64,000 nucleotides of DNA, from the NCBI GenBank assembly GCA_965153285.1, contig OZ229114.1, one strand, 5' to 3'. The first letter of the stretch is position 1; every line of letters starts with the position of its first letter. Made by a program: the position numbers and the translations under genes. Below are positions 61,487 through 64,000 of the stretch, one piece after another. The stretch is from Podarcis tiliguerta (lineage: Eukaryota). The notes beneath the pieces were generated by a model, which saw only the letters and a program-made list of their open reading frames with translations, was not told the origin of the DNA and ran no database searches.

Positions 61487-62026
61487 AGAAATTACTTAGT
61501 GCAATTTGATATTTGATATTGAGGTGAATTACTTGGTGCAATTTGATATTTTGGCTTGGCTTATTCACCCAAACTACTGAGATGACTTTTAGTTCAATAT
61601 TTGTGGTTGCCTCTGACCCCTGACTCCTCTAGTTCTGCGGCATTTGCAAAGAAATTTGCAGATTTTTTTTGTTACATGTACACCTCATGTACACCTCTCC
61701 TGCCTCCCACAGAGGAGCTCCAGGCAGCGTACAGATCCCAGGCTGGATCAGCAGGCAGAGGAGAGCTTAAGCAGCTCTCCTGTTCACTCTGTGATTCTCT
61801 CCTACAGATTGTTATTACTATTCACTAAATTTGTATACTGCCCTTCATCCAAAGATCTTGGGACACTTCACAGAGGCCCCCACATAATCTTGGTTATGTG
61901 CATGTCTAAAAGCACAAGTTTGCGAAGGTAATGTGTACTTCCACGTTAAGTTCGTAAGGGATGAATGAATTCGTAATTCATGCTGGCTGGTGTTCTTCAA
62001 CCCAATATTCAATCCTTTTAACACAG

Positions 62027-62225
62027 CAAGCGGACAGTGCAAGTTCTAGCTCATCTCCAGCTGCAGGCCCTGTAGTGAAGGCGTCAGGACAGCAGCCACA
62101 AGTTTCTGCCAACCAGGGGCAAGCAGCATCGGCTGCTCCTAATAAAACAAATGCATCGGCGGTTGTAAGCATTGCTTCTTGGGTGGCTGCCCCAGCCCCA
62201 ACCTCTGGGAAAACTGCAGTATCAG
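62027..62225 (+). CDS. YEATS2: YEATS2 coding exon 20
   Basis: ACACAG|QADSASSSSSPAAGPVVKASGQQPQV...GKTAVS G|GTAAG; 199 nt; phases fit both neighbours. Confidence 0.85.
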
Positions 62226-63144
62226 GTAAGGAAAATTCCCTTCCCTTTGCTCCTGCTACCTTTTCAGTCTAGACCTGTAATTCATTGATATTTTGGGTGC
62301 TGAAATGGCGGAATTTGGAGCACCTAACTAGGCCACTGTATTTGTGGCCTGACCTCTTTCAAAAGAAAATCAAAAGTGCTGGTGTTTGGTCTGCCTCTAG
62401 GCCAATGAGGAGTTTAAAGGTATCTTGAGGTCAGCCTTCACACGTATGCATGAGCTTTGAGTAGCACCTGCTCTTTGACCCAGTATTAATAAAATGCCAA
62501 TTGGCGAGTTCCGAGGGTTCGGCCTTTTTAGTGGTGGCAACACTATTGCCGAATCTTCGGCCTGGAAAGTCCACCGACTTTCCCCTCTTCTGAAAAAAAA
62601 ACTTTATTTCTGTCAGACAGTTTAAAATTTTTCTGCTGCTGTGCTTTTCTGCTTGTTTCCCTTGGTTTATTTAATCTGTGTTTATATTGTTTTTATTTAT
62701 GGGGGAGGGGGGTTGTAAGCCACTTTGTGGGGAATTTTATTTAGATACAGGATATAAGCACTTATAGTAAATACTTCGAGGTGGCAGCAAGTGGTTTAAA
62801 TTTTTTTTTATGTAAGTAACTATTTGGAAAAGTTAAGGTGCAGCTAAACTCCGCATCTGTGACTGCTAAAAGGGTGCAGAGTTCTTAAACTCCTGCACTG
62901 CTTCCAGAAGATGTGCAGATAGGCAAAAACCTATGTTTTCAAGGGAAAGGAGTTCCACAGCTGAGGGTCTGTTGCTGAGAACCCCTCTCTGTGTGCCCTT
63001 GCAATCCTAGAGAAGGCACATGGATGTTTGACTGAGAGGGCCCTCACAACTAGACAATGTGGACAATATGTGATCAGGAGCTCCTGATGGTTATTTCAAT
63101 TGCCAATCTGATTTGGCTCCCCTGCGGCTGCTGCGGCTGCTACT

Positions 63145-63186
63145 CTTCTTCTTCTTCTTCTTCTTCTTCTTCTTCTTCTTCTTCTT
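63145..63186. repeat. (CTT)14 microsatellite
   Basis: Direct reading. Confidence 0.97.
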
Positions 63187-63584
63187 CTCTCTTTTGATAT
63201 CTTTAATTTATAAATCCTCAATCATAAGAATGAAGTGTGTTTTCTTCAACATAATTTACCTCTTCAACTCCATTTCTAAATAACAGAACTTTGTTCTGGA
63301 TAGGCAGTATTTATCAGTGGTACATCGCTGCATCACTGCTTTAGAAACACTATCTTTGCAGAAACAGCTATATTATTTTTTTTTGTAATTATGACTTTTC
63401 AATTGTAGCTACAAATTGATTGTTTAATTGTCAGACTTCCTTAGTGATGGTTTTCAGTTGATGCTTGATTCTGTTTTTATCAGCATAAATTTGTTGTTGC
63501 TGTTGACAGAAGAGCTGATTTCATAGTCTCTTCTCTTGTGCAGAAAGGAGCAAGAGCTCTCTTTAAGCATGACTTCTCTTCTAG

Positions 63585-63716
63585 GATTGTTAAAGATCCA
63601 CTCCAGTCAAAATAGTCCCCAGCAAGCTATTTTGACGGTTCCCAGCCAACTCAAGCAACTTGGTGTGAGTGCTGCCTCTGGAGGAGTCCAAACAATATTG
63701 ATGCCTGTGAACAAAG
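63585..63716 (+). CDS. YEATS2: YEATS2 coding exon 21 (gene continues beyond the window)
   Basis: TTCTAG|LLKIHSSQNSPQQAILTVPSQLKQLGVSAASGGVQTILMPVNK G|GTAAA; 132 nt. Confidence 0.92.
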
Positions 63717-64000
63717 GTAAAATGCAGTTTGGCAAGACTACAAGTGTGTACAGATGCTTTTGATGAGAGTATTTGGACAGTTTAGGTAACCATATCTTGG
63801 CTTAAGAAACTAACATATGGATTAACATTTTGGCTGCACATGCAGCCCCTTTGTGCAAAAAATTAACTGACCAATTATGAAGTCTATTTACTATAGTTTC
63901 CCATTACATCTTAACCAGGAAACTATAGTTATGAGCTTTGGAACAATCCAGGTTATTAAGCCAACTTCAAACTAGAATAGCCTGGATTGTTCCAAAGCTG

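Overview
This is eukaryotic genomic DNA from a squamate reptile; the SINE, BovB and MITE content suggests a lacertid-type lizard. It holds the conserved vertebrate block KLHL6 (- strand) / KLHL24 (+) / YEATS2 (+). KLHL6 has 7 coding exons, CDS 3008-15587, 1836 nt, 611 aa. KLHL24 has 6 coding exons, CDS 25612-32506, 1806 nt, 601 aa, with GC-rich promoter segments at about 18.65-20.7 kb and a long AU-rich 3' region. YEATS2 has a CpG island at about 41 kb and 21 coding exons from 44052 to 63716, and it continues past the window end. Exon boundaries were read by hand from GT/AG sites, and reading-frame phases are consistent across every junction. Introns carry a young L1-clade insertion with a perfect 19-bp TSD nested in an old L2, a BovB 3' fragment, Sauria and other tRNA-derived SINEs, and TA- and 8-bp-TSD MITEs. 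I found no evidence for a wholly new gene system, and most short ORFs in the track are noise. The best leads are splicing, translation and regulatory oddities: a candidate 27-nt poison microexon and a NAGNAG at a SUMO motif in YEATS2, a rare GAG acceptor and an extra N-terminal Met in KLHL24, and an inverted MITE pair between the divergent KLHL6 and KLHL24 promoters. Comparisons to human proteins are from memory and need checking by alignment.
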